From the IMG/VR virus record IMGVR_UViG_3300028840_004475, positions 64,001-128,000 of that record: DNA of 64,000 bases. One strand, 5' to 3'. The position numbers were made by a program, and so were the translations under genes. The stretch is from a virus. Below, piece by piece: positions 20,717 to 30,547 of this stretch. Numbering within the stretch: position 1 is the first letter of the stretch; each line of letters starts with the position of its first letter. Under the pieces are notes generated by a model. That model saw only the letters and a list, made by a program, of their open reading frames with translations, was not told the DNA's origin and ran no database searches.

Positions 20717-20968
20717 CTAGTCTCCGTTGAGTTCCTCGCGCAGCCCGCGCAAGGTCTCAACACTCTCCTCCAATTCATCGTAGATACGCTTGTCCTGCAT
20801 GTCCCTGCTGCGTATCTCCTGGACAGTCTCGTAGGGGAACAGCTTGGCGAACCTCTCGTTGTGGTCGTGTCTCAGCCACTCTGTTTCGCCGTTGCCATCA
20901 CTCTCCCTGCGAAGACGGTCGATCTTCTTCCTACTTCTGAGGCCAAAAATGCTGGAGAGCAGACCCAT
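20717..20968 (-). CDS. Hypothetical protein
   Basis: Tightly packed ORF in the operon. Confidence 0.5.
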   Translation of the reverse strand: MGLLSSIFGLRSRKKIDRLRRESDGNGETEWLRHDHNERFAKLFPYETVQEIRSRDMQDKRIYDELEESVETLRGLREELNGD

Positions 20969-21226
20969 CTAACCATCTCCCGATTTGCGCTCATCCCGCG
21001 CATACAGTTTCTTGGTTAGGTCTTCGGCAAGAGTTTTCAACTCCATTGACAGTTCAACGTACTTACTGATCTGCCTTTCTGATTTCAGTCTGTCCCTTTC
21101 GATGTATGTCATGAGTTGTTTGTACAACCGATGTATCACGAACAGGGAGAGCACGAAGAGTGCTGCTAACACAGCACATCCCGACGTCGATCCCTGTTTG
21201 AGTATCTCGATGAACAATCCTTCCAT
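20969..21226 (-). CDS. Small membrane protein, BhlA/holin-like
   Basis: One N-terminal TM segment followed by a charged coiled coil. Confidence 0.5.
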   Translation of the reverse strand: MEGLFIEILKQGSTSGCAVLAALFVLSLFVIHRLYKQLMTYIERDRLKSERQISKYVELSMELKTLAEDLTKKLYARDERKSGDG

Positions 21227-21259
21227 CTCTCTTACCTACTCTCAGGAGTGGGGGCATAG

Positions 21260-21838
21260 TCATTTCGACGGCTGCTCCGCTGGCTTCACGTTGAACTTCG
21301 TCAGGAGTCTGGTCATGTTCTCATTTTGGATCTTCTGGTCCTCTTGAATCTCCTTGACGCTGTCCTTGATTTCTCCGACGTCCTCCTTGATGTGCTTCTC
21401 TTCCTTCTCCACTGCTTCTATTTTTGAACCCAGTTCCTGAGAGACCATCTGGGTCTTAGCTTCTGATTCGGCCTTCACTTCGACGATCTTGTTCTTCAGC
21501 TCAAGCTGCTTTAGAATCAGCTCGTCGTCGACTGACTTCTGTTCGAGTTGTGTCCTCTCGAAGTCATCTTCGTCAACGTACTTGAGCGAGAGGATGTACA
21601 GTGCTGCACCGAATAGAATGGCCAACACACTGAGGATTGCGCCAACACCCTTCCAGGTGTTGAAAAAGCTCTGCATACCATTTGGTGTGCGCGGCTCTGC
21701 AGCTGCAGGAGACTGGACCTCAGCTATCACTTCCTTCAGAGTCTGCGCGAACATCTCCTGAGTGATGTGCTGCTGTTGCTGACGAGACCGATTGTTGCCT
21801 CTGCGTCTGCGTCTACGCCTATTTGAAGTCTGGCTCAT
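21260..21838 (-). CDS. Membrane-anchored coiled-coil protein
   Basis: Arg-rich N-terminus, one TM segment, coiled-coil C-terminus. Confidence 0.55.
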   Translation of the reverse strand: MSQTSNRRRRRRRGNNRSRQQQQHITQEMFAQTLKEVIAEVQSPAAAEPRTPNGMQSFFNTWKGVGAILSVLAILFGAALYILSLKYVDEDDFERTQLEQKSVDDELILKQLELKNKIVEVKAESEAKTQMVSQELGSKIEAVEKEEKHIKEDVGEIKDSVKEIQEDQKIQNENMTRLLTKFNVKPAEQPSK

Positions 21839-22005
21839 TTTCTTTTCAGCTTGCCTCTATGTTCTTCTGGAATATTCGCCGATTTACCACGACGAATTCT
21901 ATCCCTGGAAGCCTCCATCATCTTGTTGATCTCGCCGACGTGAGCGTCGAGGTCCACCACGTTCTCATTCTTCTGCTTGCCGTTGACGTAGACTTTGCGC
22001 GGCAT
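21835..22005 (-). CDS. Small basic hypothetical protein
   Basis: MPRKVYVNG..., coupled to its neighbours. Confidence 0.45.
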   Translation of the reverse strand: MPRKVYVNGKQKNENVVDLDAHVGEINKMMEASRDRIRRGKSANIPEEHRGKLKRK

Positions 22006-22006
22006 G

Positions 22007-22477
22007 TCAGTCCCTGTACAGCTTGTAGGCCGGATAGATGGTTGGCGCCTCTGTCGCGTGCGTCGACTCCCAGACCATGCGCAGGTACAAACCAGCAGGG
22101 ATCTGGAAAGCACTATCGAAGAAGTAGCCAATGTCGCTGCGGCCCGTGGGAACGTAGACGGTCTCTCCGAACTTCTGGATCCGCAGGACATCGACACCCA
22201 CGGTCAGACCGTAGAGCGCGAACAGGCCCAGGACGTCGTCCTTATCCACGACCGAGAACTCGCCGTAGTCACCGTCCTGGTTGTCGACGATGATGGCGTG
22301 TACTCCTTGCAGGGCCACGCTGAATGGCAAAAGCCAATCGAAGACGTTGGTCGAGTCGGCCACGCACTCGAAGCGATGGCCCTTGATCAGACCGCTCTGG
22401 TCGACGTACACGAAGCTGGGAGCGATGATCTCTTTGCCGTCTGGTGTCTTTGGGTGCTGCCTCAGATCAACGGTCAT
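22007..22477 (-). CDS. Putative virion structural protein
   Basis: Beta-rich ORF in the structural operon. Confidence 0.5.
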   Translation of the reverse strand: MTVDLRQHPKTPDGKEIIAPSFVYVDQSGLIKGHRFECVADSTNVFDWLLPFSVALQGVHAIIVDNQDGDYGEFSVVDKDDVLGLFALYGLTVGVDVLRIQKFGETVYVPTGRSDIGYFFDSAFQIPAGLYLRMVWESTHATEAPTIYPAYKLYRD

Positions 22478-23484
22478 GCCTCAACCTCCTCGACGCCGTA
22501 GTGGACGTAGGCCCTCATGTTCGAGAGGCTGGACAGGTCGTCGCGGACGATGAACTGCAGCACGTGGCGGTCGGTGACCTTGATGCTGGTGAGTCCGGGC
22601 TTGACCATGAAGCCCACGACCATGACGTCGTCGGCGAAAATGACGTCATCTTGGGGATGGAAGTAGCCGAAGAGGCCCATGTTGTCCTTGACCACGAACC
22701 TCCAGAGCATGTCCTCAGCGTCCTTGTCCCGGTGCCTGAGCACGAGTCCCTGGCCCAGGCCTCCGGAGATGCCGCCGAAGGCGTCCGAGGCCCAGCCGTC
22801 GGACGGGGCGCCGACGAGCAGGACGATCATGGACACGTGGTAGACGGTGTTGGCGTCGGGGGCCTCGAACTCGAAGCGGTAGGGACCACTACCGTCGGCG
22901 GCCACCAGTTCGATGTCGTCGAGCCAGTAGCGCTGGCCGGCGGTGTTGCGCGACTCCAGCCTCAGCTTCTGCACGTCGGCGTCGAGGTTGAAGTCGTCGA
23001 TGGGGATGTTGATCTGCTGCCACTCATCCAGGTCCATGTTCTCGGCGTAGTCGTCCAGGCGCAGGGCGTCGCCGACGGCGTTGTTTCCCGAATCGAACCA
23101 CTTGAGCTTGGGCCGCGAGCCGTTGGGGAAGGCCTTGGGTTGGACCCAGAACCTGATCTCGCTGTAGCCACCGGCGACGTCGACCTCGGAACCGTGGTCC
23201 CAGAACACGTCGTCGTTCTCGGCCATGACACCCGTGTCCCAGCCGTTGGTGCCCGAGTGCATCGAGCCGGCGGTCTCCGAGCCCGTGCCCGAAACCGTCC
23301 AGTCGCCGCCGCTGTCACCGGCACCCGTGCCGTTCCAGAACACCTCGGTGGTACCACTGGCGCGACCGTCGATGTTCATCTGCTCGCTGGCGTTGTCATG
23401 GCGCTTGAAGGCGTCGCGGCCCAGGGTCCAGTCGCTGCCGCCGACGTAGGTGGTCCTGTCGTCACTGAGTTTGGGCAGAGGCAT
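22474..23484 (-). CDS. Putative virion protein with a carbohydrate-binding-like domain
   Basis: WQQINIPIDDF...YWLDDIELV resembles CBM folds; C-terminal domain paralogous to the next gene. Confidence 0.55.
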   Translation of the reverse strand: MPLPKLSDDRTTYVGGSDWTLGRDAFKRHDNASEQMNIDGRASGTTEVFWNGTGAGDSGGDWTVSGTGSETAGSMHSGTNGWDTGVMAENDDVFWDHGSEVDVAGGYSEIRFWVQPKAFPNGSRPKLKWFDSGNNAVGDALRLDDYAENMDLDEWQQINIPIDDFNLDADVQKLRLESRNTAGQRYWLDDIELVAADGSGPYRFEFEAPDANTVYHVSMIVLLVGAPSDGWASDAFGGISGGLGQGLVLRHRDKDAEDMLWRFVVKDNMGLFGYFHPQDDVIFADDVMVVGFMVKPGLTSIKVTDRHVLQFIVRDDLSSLSNMRAYVHYGVEEVEA

Positions 23485-23487
23485 CGG

Positions 23488-24426
23488 TCACGCTCCCAGC
23501 AAGTTGCCCTTGACGAAGCACTTGAAGTAGACGCCGGCGGCGTCGATGTCGTCGCGCACGGTCACGACGACCTTGTCGCCTGACTCCGCGTGCAACCTCA
23601 AGCCGCCGCCGATGACGTAGTTGGAGGCCAGCAGGTCCTTGGAGCTGACGATCCACTCGAAGCCGCCGGGGCTGGCGTAGTTGACGAAGCCCTCATTCGT
23701 TAGCACGTTGTAGACCTCGATGGTCACGCCGTTGGAGATCACCTCAACATACAGCCCATTGGTCAGGCCGCCGACGAGGGAGCCGAAGTATCCACTGCCA
23801 AAGGTGATCGAGTTGGCGACGAGCGTGAACTTGATCTCCTGCAACGAGATGTCGTAGGTCGCGTCGGCCAGGTACTCGAAGACGACGGGCGTGACGCCGC
23901 CGTCGACGAGCAGGTCGTCGTTGCCACCGCTCTTGACGAAGTCGTTCTTGATCGACGACGAGACGCTGGGGAACGAGACCGGGTCGCCGTCGGGGCTGTA
24001 GAGGGTGGTCTGCAACCGTCCCGTGCTCGGCACCGTTTCCAGGGCCTCGACGTTCGTGCCGTCCCAACCACCACACCAGACGGGATTTCCGACGGGCGGA
24101 CTGCCGTCTGGCGCCAGACCTTCGACCTGCTGGCTGTCGTTGGTACCAGTGCCGTAGTTGCGTGTGTCGATACCCTGGCGGTTGTCGTCGATGTGGCTGC
24201 TGGTGATGTCGGCGGCCGGTGTCGTGCCCTTGGCCCCGCCCCTGATGATGGCCTTCTGCGTGCCGTCGGTCTGCTGTGCTGCTGTGGCGCGCGTGGAAAG
24301 CGCCACATTCATGTTCGGCTGATTCTGGATCGCCACCTGTCCAGAAGCATTCGAACTTATTGGCTCGCCATTGGCCCCATAGAGAAGTACGTTCTTCCTC
24401 GGTTCTGTGTCTGCGAGTGCCATCAT
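23488..24426 (-). CDS. Putative virion structural protein
   Basis: C-terminal domain similar to 22474..23484. Confidence 0.5.
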   Translation of the reverse strand: MMALADTEPRKNVLLYGANGEPISSNASGQVAIQNQPNMNVALSTRATAAQQTDGTQKAIIRGGAKGTTPAADITSSHIDDNRQGIDTRNYGTGTNDSQQVEGLAPDGSPPVGNPVWCGGWDGTNVEALETVPSTGRLQTTLYSPDGDPVSFPSVSSSIKNDFVKSGGNDDLLVDGGVTPVVFEYLADATYDISLQEIKFTLVANSITFGSGYFGSLVGGLTNGLYVEVISNGVTIEVYNVLTNEGFVNYASPGGFEWIVSSKDLLASNYVIGGGLRLHAESGDKVVVTVRDDIDAAGVYFKCFVKGNLLGA

Positions 24427-24998
24427 GCCACCGTGTAATACCAGGCCGTGTAGTTGATGTCCGCGTTTCCGATGCCCGAAGACCTCTCGGCCCGCAGAAT
24501 CACATCGCCCACAGCCGGTGTGACGTCGGCGTCTGCCACGTTCTTTAGCGTACCGGATGTGTTCACGTCAGAGGTCGTCTCCTTGTCGTTGCTAGCCACG
24601 TACTTCAGGTCACCAGACTCGACGTCGAAGGGGAAGACGACTGGAAATGCGTCGCCTCCGTTGAAGTCGATGAACTCATCATTGCGCAGCGTAGTCACAC
24701 CCCCACCGGGAATCCAGGCGATGGTGGCCTCGGTGCCATCGATGGACAGAATCACACCCATCTGCACCAGCCACCTGGCGCTCGCGTTCTCCTTATTGAT
24801 GAAGGCAGCGAAGCGCGCGGCGCGTATGGTACCGGTGAGCGTGTGCTTGTAGGCCGAGCCGGCGTTGTCCAAGTCGATGAGCAGAAAATACTCCTTGGCA
24901 GTGGTCACCGTCTGCTTCATGACCACAGCCACGTAGCCGACATCGGAGACGCCCTCTTCCAAAGAGTCTATCTGGACCGCTGCCGGTGACTCACTCAT
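24423..24998 (-). CDS. Putative structural protein
   Basis: Coupled ORF in the structural operon. Confidence 0.5.
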   Translation of the reverse strand: MSESPAAVQIDSLEEGVSDVGYVAVVMKQTVTTAKEYFLLIDLDNAGSAYKHTLTGTIRAARFAAFINKENASARWLVQMGVILSIDGTEATIAWIPGGGVTTLRNDEFIDFNGGDAFPVVFPFDVESGDLKYVASNDKETTSDVNTSGTLKNVADADVTPAVGDVILRAERSSGIGNADINYTAWYYTVA

Positions 24999-25600
24999 GA
25001 AATCGTCCTCGTACGACCTGCCTCGTGGATGCCATCGTAGGTGACGGCGTCGCTCACCGTCTCAAGGACCGTGGTGCCGTCGGTGTCATAGAGCTTCCAC
25101 ACGATGGGCGTAGGCTTCAAGTTTGTTGCTCCACCGGCGCTGCGCTCGATAGTCTTTTCGATCAGCAACGTATCGTCTTGTCGCTTCCACTCCACCTTGG
25201 TCGGGAACAGGCCACCAGTCACCGTCTTCGTGGCCCCGGACACGTAACCAAAAGCCGGACCCTCATCGATGAAGTGGATGAGCTGCGGTAGCACCCGATG
25301 CTGGGGGGCGGTGATGCCGCTGCTGCTAGCTAGAAGATCCGTGAGCGTGTAGCCTTCACTGTTCGTGCCAGGATTAGCTACGTCTCTGAACTTCAGGTCT
25401 CCGTTGTGAGTCCAAATTGCAACGATCTTGTTGCGGCGTCCACTTTCGACGATGAAAAGAGCCGGAACCTCAGGAGCATCCTCGAAAGCGGAGAGAGGCG
25501 TGTTCGGACTTGGATAGTCCGACCCCTCCCCGCCCCCGAGGCTCGACCACTCTTGTTTTATGACCTGAACGATGTCGAGGTCATCTGGTTTGGTCGGCAC
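24995..25600 (-). CDS. Putative structural protein
   Basis: Coupled ORF in the structural operon. Confidence 0.5.
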   Translation of the reverse strand: MPTKPDDLDIVQVIKQEWSSLGGGEGSDYPSPNTPLSAFEDAPEVPALFIVESGRRNKIVAIWTHNGDLKFRDVANPGTNSEGYTLTDLLASSSGITAPQHRVLPQLIHFIDEGPAFGYVSGATKTVTGGLFPTKVEWKRQDDTLLIEKTIERSAGGATNLKPTPIVWKLYDTDGTTVLETVSDAVTYDGIHEAGRTRTIS

Positions 25601-25622
25601 GATACTCCTCTACCGCAGTAGC

Positions 25623-27206
25623 CTACGCGCCGCTACGACCGTAGTCGAAGATGCTGACGAACAGATCGGTCGTGTTCATCGCCCACCCAAGACGGATGAG
25701 TGCGTTGTTCGCAGTTGGCATCGTGGTCGTGAGACCACCACCGACTGCGAGCCAGTACACGTCACCAGGGGTTGCGCCAGTGAGGCACGAGCACGGGCCA
25801 AGAGACGTGATTGTCGCTTCCTGACCAACGGTACCCTGAGCAGTCTCAGCGACACCGAAGATCTGAGCCTTGGTTGGCCAGTCCGCCTTGGCGGCATCGC
25901 CCTTGAGCAGGCGGTCAGCAGTCGTCGACCAGTAGACCGGATCTGCGATGGCAATGGCCTCGCCAACCTCGTAGTCATCCTCGACGATACCTGCCTGAGC
26001 AGCCGAAGCCACCAGCTGACCGGAGGCGTTGATGGTGACGGTTGTGCCGTCGACCTTGACCTTCAGACCAGTGGCGTCTTGGTCGAGACCTCCAGCGGTC
26101 GTGCTGTACTTGACTCCCAGTTCGTTGGAGACGATGTCCAGGGTCGGGTTGGTTGCCTCGAGGTTGATCTCGAGACCTCCATTGGCCCCGTCGAACTCGA
26201 TGGCGCCGTCTGTCTCGAGTTTGACTTCCACACCGGAGGAGGTGACCGTGACACCGGCGGCGGTATTCGGAAGGACAGACACCAACTGGTTCGGGGTCGT
26301 CCCCGTGAGCTGCAGACCAGGTGTGGTCGCATGCAGCGCCAGTGTCACTGCATCGGCGTCGATCTTGACACCGTCCTTGACGTTGACGTCGAGCACGTTG
26401 AAGGTCTTGGTAAGACCGTCACCAGCAACGACCTGTCCAGGACCGTTGAACATGACCCACTCGCCAGGAGTGGAGTCCCAGACGTACCCCAGGTTCTCGT
26501 AGATGCTGTTGTCACCAGCAACGGTGCGACCTTCTCCGTTCGTGGGAACGGTGAACGTCCACGTGTTGGTGGTAGCGTTGTAGACCGCGACGTTGTCTTC
26601 CTTGGTCGCGAACGAACCGGCTGCGCTGGTGTCAGTGACGATGACGTACGTGCCATCTGGCGGCTCAGCACCAGAGTTGGCCAGGATCAGGTTCCACGCA
26701 GTCCCGCTCCACTCCACGATGTCGCCGATTGCGAACGTCGACCAGGCACCCCCAACGCCTGCGACGACGTAGGCGTTGCCAGCGTCACCAGCGGTGAGAG
26801 TTGGAGCCGTGGTCAGCGCATCGTTCACCATCTTGAGGACTTGAACTGCGTGCTTCCACGCGACACCGGCCGCCACGCTGTCGAGCTGGTTCTTGTTGAC
26901 GGCGTCTGTACCCGCGGAACCTGGCCCCAACCCCGTAATGGAATTGGTGTTCATCACCAGGTCGCTGGTCAGGTTCAAGCCGTCGAGGTCAGCACCGGTC
27001 TGACCATAAGCGAGGGCATCCTCGTCCGCGGTAGCGGACGCCAAACCGGTGATCTTGTACGGCGTACCGCCGCCGGTACCGTCCATGGCAACGGTACCGT
27101 TCATGGTGAGACCAGCAAGGGTGATGGCGTCGGCTGTTGGGTCTACGCCGCTGTAGCCACCGAGCTGCCCATCCTTGTCGAAGAAAACTGGAATACGTTC
27201 GGCCAC
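25623..27206 (-). CDS. Fibre-like protein
   Basis: ITGL..P....DAVNK repeats, GDGL..shaft repeats, C-terminal cement-like domain. Confidence 0.7.
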   Translation of the reverse strand: MAERIPVFFDKDGQLGGYSGVDPTADAITLAGLTMNGTVAMDGTGGGTPYKITGLASATADEDALAYGQTGADLDGLNLTSDLVMNTNSITGLGPGSAGTDAVNKNQLDSVAAGVAWKHAVQVLKMVNDALTTAPTLTAGDAGNAYVVAGVGGAWSTFAIGDIVEWSGTAWNLILANSGAEPPDGTYVIVTDTSAAGSFATKEDNVAVYNATTNTWTFTVPTNGEGRTVAGDNSIYENLGYVWDSTPGEWVMFNGPGQVVAGDGLTKTFNVLDVNVKDGVKIDADAVTLALHATTPGLQLTGTTPNQLVSVLPNTAAGVTVTSSGVEVKLETDGAIEFDGANGGLEINLEATNPTLDIVSNELGVKYSTTAGGLDQDATGLKVKVDGTTVTINASGQLVASAAQAGIVEDDYEVGEAIAIADPVYWSTTADRLLKGDAAKADWPTKAQIFGVAETAQGTVGQEATITSLGPCSCLTGATPGDVYWLAVGGGLTTTMPTANNALIRLGWAMNTTDLFVSIFDYGRSGA

Positions 27207-27209
27207 GGC

Positions 27210-27593
27210 TTATCCTCCTGGTGGTATGGGAACCGGGACCTCCCGGATGGTTCCCTTTTCTTCATCAATTGCGACGCGGTTTGGGTCATCGAACCCGTAC
27301 TTCGCGGCGATCTCTTTCTTCACGGTGTTGTACTTCTGGTTGAGCTTTTCGACCTGATCTCTCTCGGCGAGCAGTTGGTCATCGAGGACACGTATATTGA
27401 TCGAAGTCTGCAGGTCGAATACTTTGCGCTTCAGGATCTCGTTCTCCTTCTTGACGTTGAGACACTCCATGGCCTGCAACCTGAATTTCATGTCTGAATC
27501 CGAAGCTGCGAACTTGTACGCATCGAGTTCATCAATTGGTGTCGTCGGTGAAGGAATTTGTTGTTTTCCGTTGTCTTTCTTGTTTTTAGTCAT
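27210..27593 (-). CDS. Coiled-coil hypothetical protein (possible fibre chaperone)
   Basis: Charged helical ORF next to the fibre gene. Confidence 0.45.
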   Translation of the reverse strand: MTKNKKDNGKQQIPSPTTPIDELDAYKFAASDSDMKFRLQAMECLNVKKENEILKRKVFDLQTSINIRVLDDQLLAERDQVEKLNQKYNTVKKEIAAKYGFDDPNRVAIDEEKGTIREVPVPIPPGG

Positions 27594-27614
27594 TTCTGCT
27601 CCGTTTTTTATCTG

Positions 27615-28361
27615 TTAATACGGTAGCCAGCATGGCACCGGGTTGATGTGCAGGACTACATCAGTTGACGAGATGGCTTGGCCCATGGCCTGGAACCAAT
27701 ACGGCGTCACGAACTCGTCTGGTAACTGTGATGGGTGTGTCAGTACTCCGTTCAGGCCGATGACCATCTGCGCGCCTGGTGTCAGCCCTGTGAAGACGCT
27801 CTGGATGAGCCCGAACATCTGAATCTTGCAGGTAGTGATGCTGGTCTTCTCAATGATGACACCAAGCGCCTCCATCTTCGACCTGTCAGTGATGTCGACG
27901 GTGGTAACGTTGTAGTAGCTGCCTGTCTTATCTGACGTGCAGTAGACAGCATTCCCGACGTTGTCACTGGCCAAACAGTTGGCAAGCTCGATGATGTTCG
28001 GGACCGTACCAGGAGTGAACGACTGCTCCAGCTGCAGCTTAATGAGACGCTCTTCTGTACTGAGGTCAACCTGCGGTTGTTCCGTCGACAACCCAACCAG
28101 GGTTTCTTCAGTGACGACGCGCGGACTGTAGTCGAGCGGTCTGATTTCGACCGCGTGTTGGCCGGCGGACGCCTCGATGGTGACTTCGGTCTCGTCGTTT
28201 GGGACCTGTTGCGCGGAGACTTGATGCTCAGCTGCAGTGATCTCGACGACGTTGGTGTCGGGACGGATCTGGACAGTGGTAGTCTGCTTCGGAACAGTCG
28301 CGGACACCCCTCCAGACGTGATCTGGACAATGGGAGCATTCTTCTGGATCAAGGTGCTCAA
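27615..28361 (-). CDS. Structural protein with a C-terminal cement-like domain
   Basis: TTG start overlaps the upstream TGA; C-terminus paralogous to the fibre C-terminus. Confidence 0.5.
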   Translation of the reverse strand: MSTLIQKNAPIVQITSGGVSATVPKQTTTVQIRPDTNVVEITAAEHQVSAQQVPNDETEVTIEASAGQHAVEIRPLDYSPRVVTEETLVGLSTEQPQVDLSTEERLIKLQLEQSFTPGTVPNIIELANCLASDNVGNAVYCTSDKTGSYYNVTTVDITDRSKMEALGVIIEKTSITTCKIQMFGLIQSVFTGLTPGAQMVIGLNGVLTHPSQLPDEFVTPYWFQAMGQAISSTDVVLHINPVPCWLPY

Positions 28362-28678
28362 GCAATCTGCTCCTTGATTTTGATACCCATGTCCTGGATC
28401 GTCAGCTTCTGACCAGCCACATTGGTGATCTGCACTTCGATGTTCCACTTCCCGACTTCATCGAGGTCGGTGTCGCTGAAGATGAAGCGGAAGTAGCCGT
28501 TGGTCGGGTCGTAGAGGTCGCCGTTTACGGTCTTCGGCGTGTCGTACCCGATGTGCAGGTCGATCGAGAACCCGGTGATGTCGATGGGATCGCCATCGGC
28601 GTCCAGGTACTGGAATACCAAAGCCGGAAGGTTGTCACCTTCGACATAGTCGAAGACTGTAGTTGCATCGCAGCTCAT
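28358..28678 (-). CDS. BppU N-terminal-like structural protein
   Basis: GDNLP.L.F...DG.PIDITG...DLD..G....EVQIT pattern. Confidence 0.55.
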   Translation of the reverse strand: MSCDATTVFDYVEGDNLPALVFQYLDADGDPIDITGFSIDLHIGYDTPKTVNGDLYDPTNGYFRFIFSDTDLDEVGKWNIEVQITNVAGQKLTIQDMGIKIKEQIA

Positions 28679-28692
28679 GGCCCCTCCGGTCC

Positions 28693-29118
28693 CTAGTCGG
28701 CGACGAGGACACGCACTCCGACGTTGTCAGTCTTCGGCGAAACGGCAGCGAAGATGGCGCTGAAGGACAGTTTCATGTACTGACCTCCCATCGGCACCTC
28801 GAACAGCCAGGTGTCGTCGCCAGTGACTGCCTTCTTGAAGATCTGGTCGCTGAGTGTGACGTCGGGTGGGGAAGAGCCATCCTGCGCCTGCACCGGATAG
28901 ACTTCCGTCGATGAGGGACCGAACGAAACCACGCACTGGATCTCTGTGGCATCGGAGTACGTGAAGTCGACTGCGATCCAGGCCTTTCCGTAGAAAGACC
29001 ATCCTTTGCCGTCTTGTGTGCCGCCGATTTGGACGGTGGCTTCTGCTGGACCTGGGTCGAGGTGGCCGCTCACTGCAGCGATGACCTCGCCCTTGTCCTT
29101 GAAGCTGTTGTACGCCAT
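28693..29118 (-). CDS. Putative structural protein
   Basis: Beta-rich ORF with RBS. Confidence 0.45.
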   Translation of the reverse strand: MAYNSFKDKGEVIAAVSGHLDPGPAEATVQIGGTQDGKGWSFYGKAWIAVDFTYSDATEIQCVVSFGPSSTEVYPVQAQDGSSPPDVTLSDQIFKKAVTGDDTWLFEVPMGGQYMKLSFSAIFAAVSPKTDNVGVRVLVAD

Positions 29119-29128
29119 GGCCTGCCTC

Positions 29129-29542
29129 CTATCTGAGATTGTTGAGCAAAGCCGATGACCCGTACATTATACATGCACCGACGATCGTACCGCCAAGGAA
29201 CACCCCGACGGTGATGTACAAAGCGAGGTCATCGTCCTCGTCACGCTCTGCAAGTTGTTTCGAGGCAGACTCATACGCGACGCGCCATTTCTCGGCGATC
29301 TCGACGTCTACCTTGGATTTTTTCTCGGAGATCTCGATGAGGTCAGCTTGCAGCTCGACCTTCTTCTCGAGGTTTTCGATTTTGTGAAGCGCGGTCGGGT
29401 GGTCTACTTCAACAAGCTTCAGCAGCTTTTTCGCTTTGTCAGCCTCGAAAAAAGTGCCTTCCTTGCCTTCATGAACAATGTCTTCGGCAGCAAGGACAGG
29501 ACTAGAAGCCGAGATCAGTAAAACGAGCAGCCACTTCTTCAT
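29129..29542 (-). CDS. Exported coiled-coil protein with a C-terminal TM segment (spanin-like)
   Basis: Signal peptide, coiled coil, terminal hydrophobic segment; overlaps the upstream gene. Confidence 0.5.
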   Translation of the reverse strand: MKKWLLVLLISASSPVLAAEDIVHEGKEGTFFEADKAKKLLKLVEVDHPTALHKIENLEKKVELQADLIEISEKKSKVDVEIAEKWRVAYESASKQLAERDEDDDLALYITVGVFLGGTIVGACIMYGSSALLNNLR

Positions 29543-29861
29543 TGCTGAGACCCTCGATGGCTGCCTTGGCTTTCACGGCCCGCTTCTCTTGCTCGCGGAT
29601 CTCAGCATCAATTACCTTGATCTGTTCGCGCTTGCCCTCACCCTTCGCTTCGAGAACGGTCTTCTTGGCCTGTAGGTGCGCGACCTCATTCTTTGTCTGC
29701 GCGACCTGCAGTAGCGAGATCAGATGCGTGATCTTGTGCCCCCTGACCTTGAGCCAGAAGAACAGGATCGTGGCAATCAAAGCGATGATCAGCGCAAGCA
29801 GAAGTGCCAGCGACACCGCGTTCTTTTTCAGCCAGCTAGCTGCCAGAGTCAGAGTTGTCAC
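29502..29861 (-). CDS. i-spanin-like protein
   Basis: GTG start overlapping the holin stop; N-terminal TM plus coiled coil. Confidence 0.5.
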   Translation of the reverse strand: MTTLTLAASWLKKNAVSLALLLALIIALIATILFFWLKVRGHKITHLISLLQVAQTKNEVAHLQAKKTVLEAKGEGKREQIKVIDAEIREQEKRAVKAKAAIEGLSNEEVAARFTDLGF

Positions 29862-30184
29862 ACGGCACCCTGCAGAACTTCGAACTTGCTCTTGAAGGCT
29901 TTCCAGACCTGGCCGACGAAGCCACCGAGGAGGATACCGACCACGATCTTGAGACCGATGGTCGGCTCCGGTGTGCCCTCTGGGACCTGTGCCAATATCA
30001 CGCCAGGGATCCATGCAGCGACAGCGCACAGGACCATTGGCAGATACGGCAGCAGAATGTGCACGGGCTTGGATGTCTTCTTGACGCCAACGGCGTCGAG
30101 CGTCTTCTTGATGATCTGCAAGAGAACCGCCACTGCGCCCATGAGGGCGAAGTGCTGCCAGATCAGCAGGGCGTCAAAGGACAT
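29858..30184 (-). CDS. Putative holin
   Basis: 108 aa, three TM segments, basic C-terminus. Confidence 0.65.
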   Translation of the reverse strand: MSFDALLIWQHFALMGAVAVLLQIIKKTLDAVGVKKTSKPVHILLPYLPMVLCAVAAWIPGVILAQVPEGTPEPTIGLKIVVGILLGGFVGQVWKAFKSKFEVLQGAV

Positions 30185-30193
30185 GTCAGCCTC

Positions 30194-30535
30194 CTAGAAG
30201 TTGGCGATCAGGGAGTTGATGTTCCTGTACTCCTCGAGCACCATCTTCGCGTTGACGGTCCAGTTCTCTCTGTCGACGTTGTTGTAGTACTCGAAGATCG
30301 TGCGCCTGGTGACGTTCTCCCCGTCGAAGCAGAAAGCGACCACGGTCTTCCTCGAGTTGGCGAGCTGAACTCGCTCGAGGCCACGGAATCTGAATCCGCG
30401 CGCCTTGAGGAAGGCTGCGATGTGCTTGTCCTTGGTGCGGAAGAAGCCGGCGATTGCGGCTTCCTGATCGGCGGGTTCGATGTCTTCCAGGTGATACTCT
30501 CTATCGAGCACCTTTTCTGTTCTTATATGCTCCAT
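30194..30535 (-). CDS. Hypothetical protein (DUF5659-like)
   Basis: FRTKDKHIAAFL...G motif. Confidence 0.5.
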   Translation of the reverse strand: MEHIRTEKVLDREYHLEDIEPADQEAAIAGFFRTKDKHIAAFLKARGFRFRGLERVQLANSRKTVVAFCFDGENVTRRTIFEYYNNVDRENWTVNAKMVLEEYRNINSLIANF

Positions 30536-30547
30536 GTCGCATCCCGA

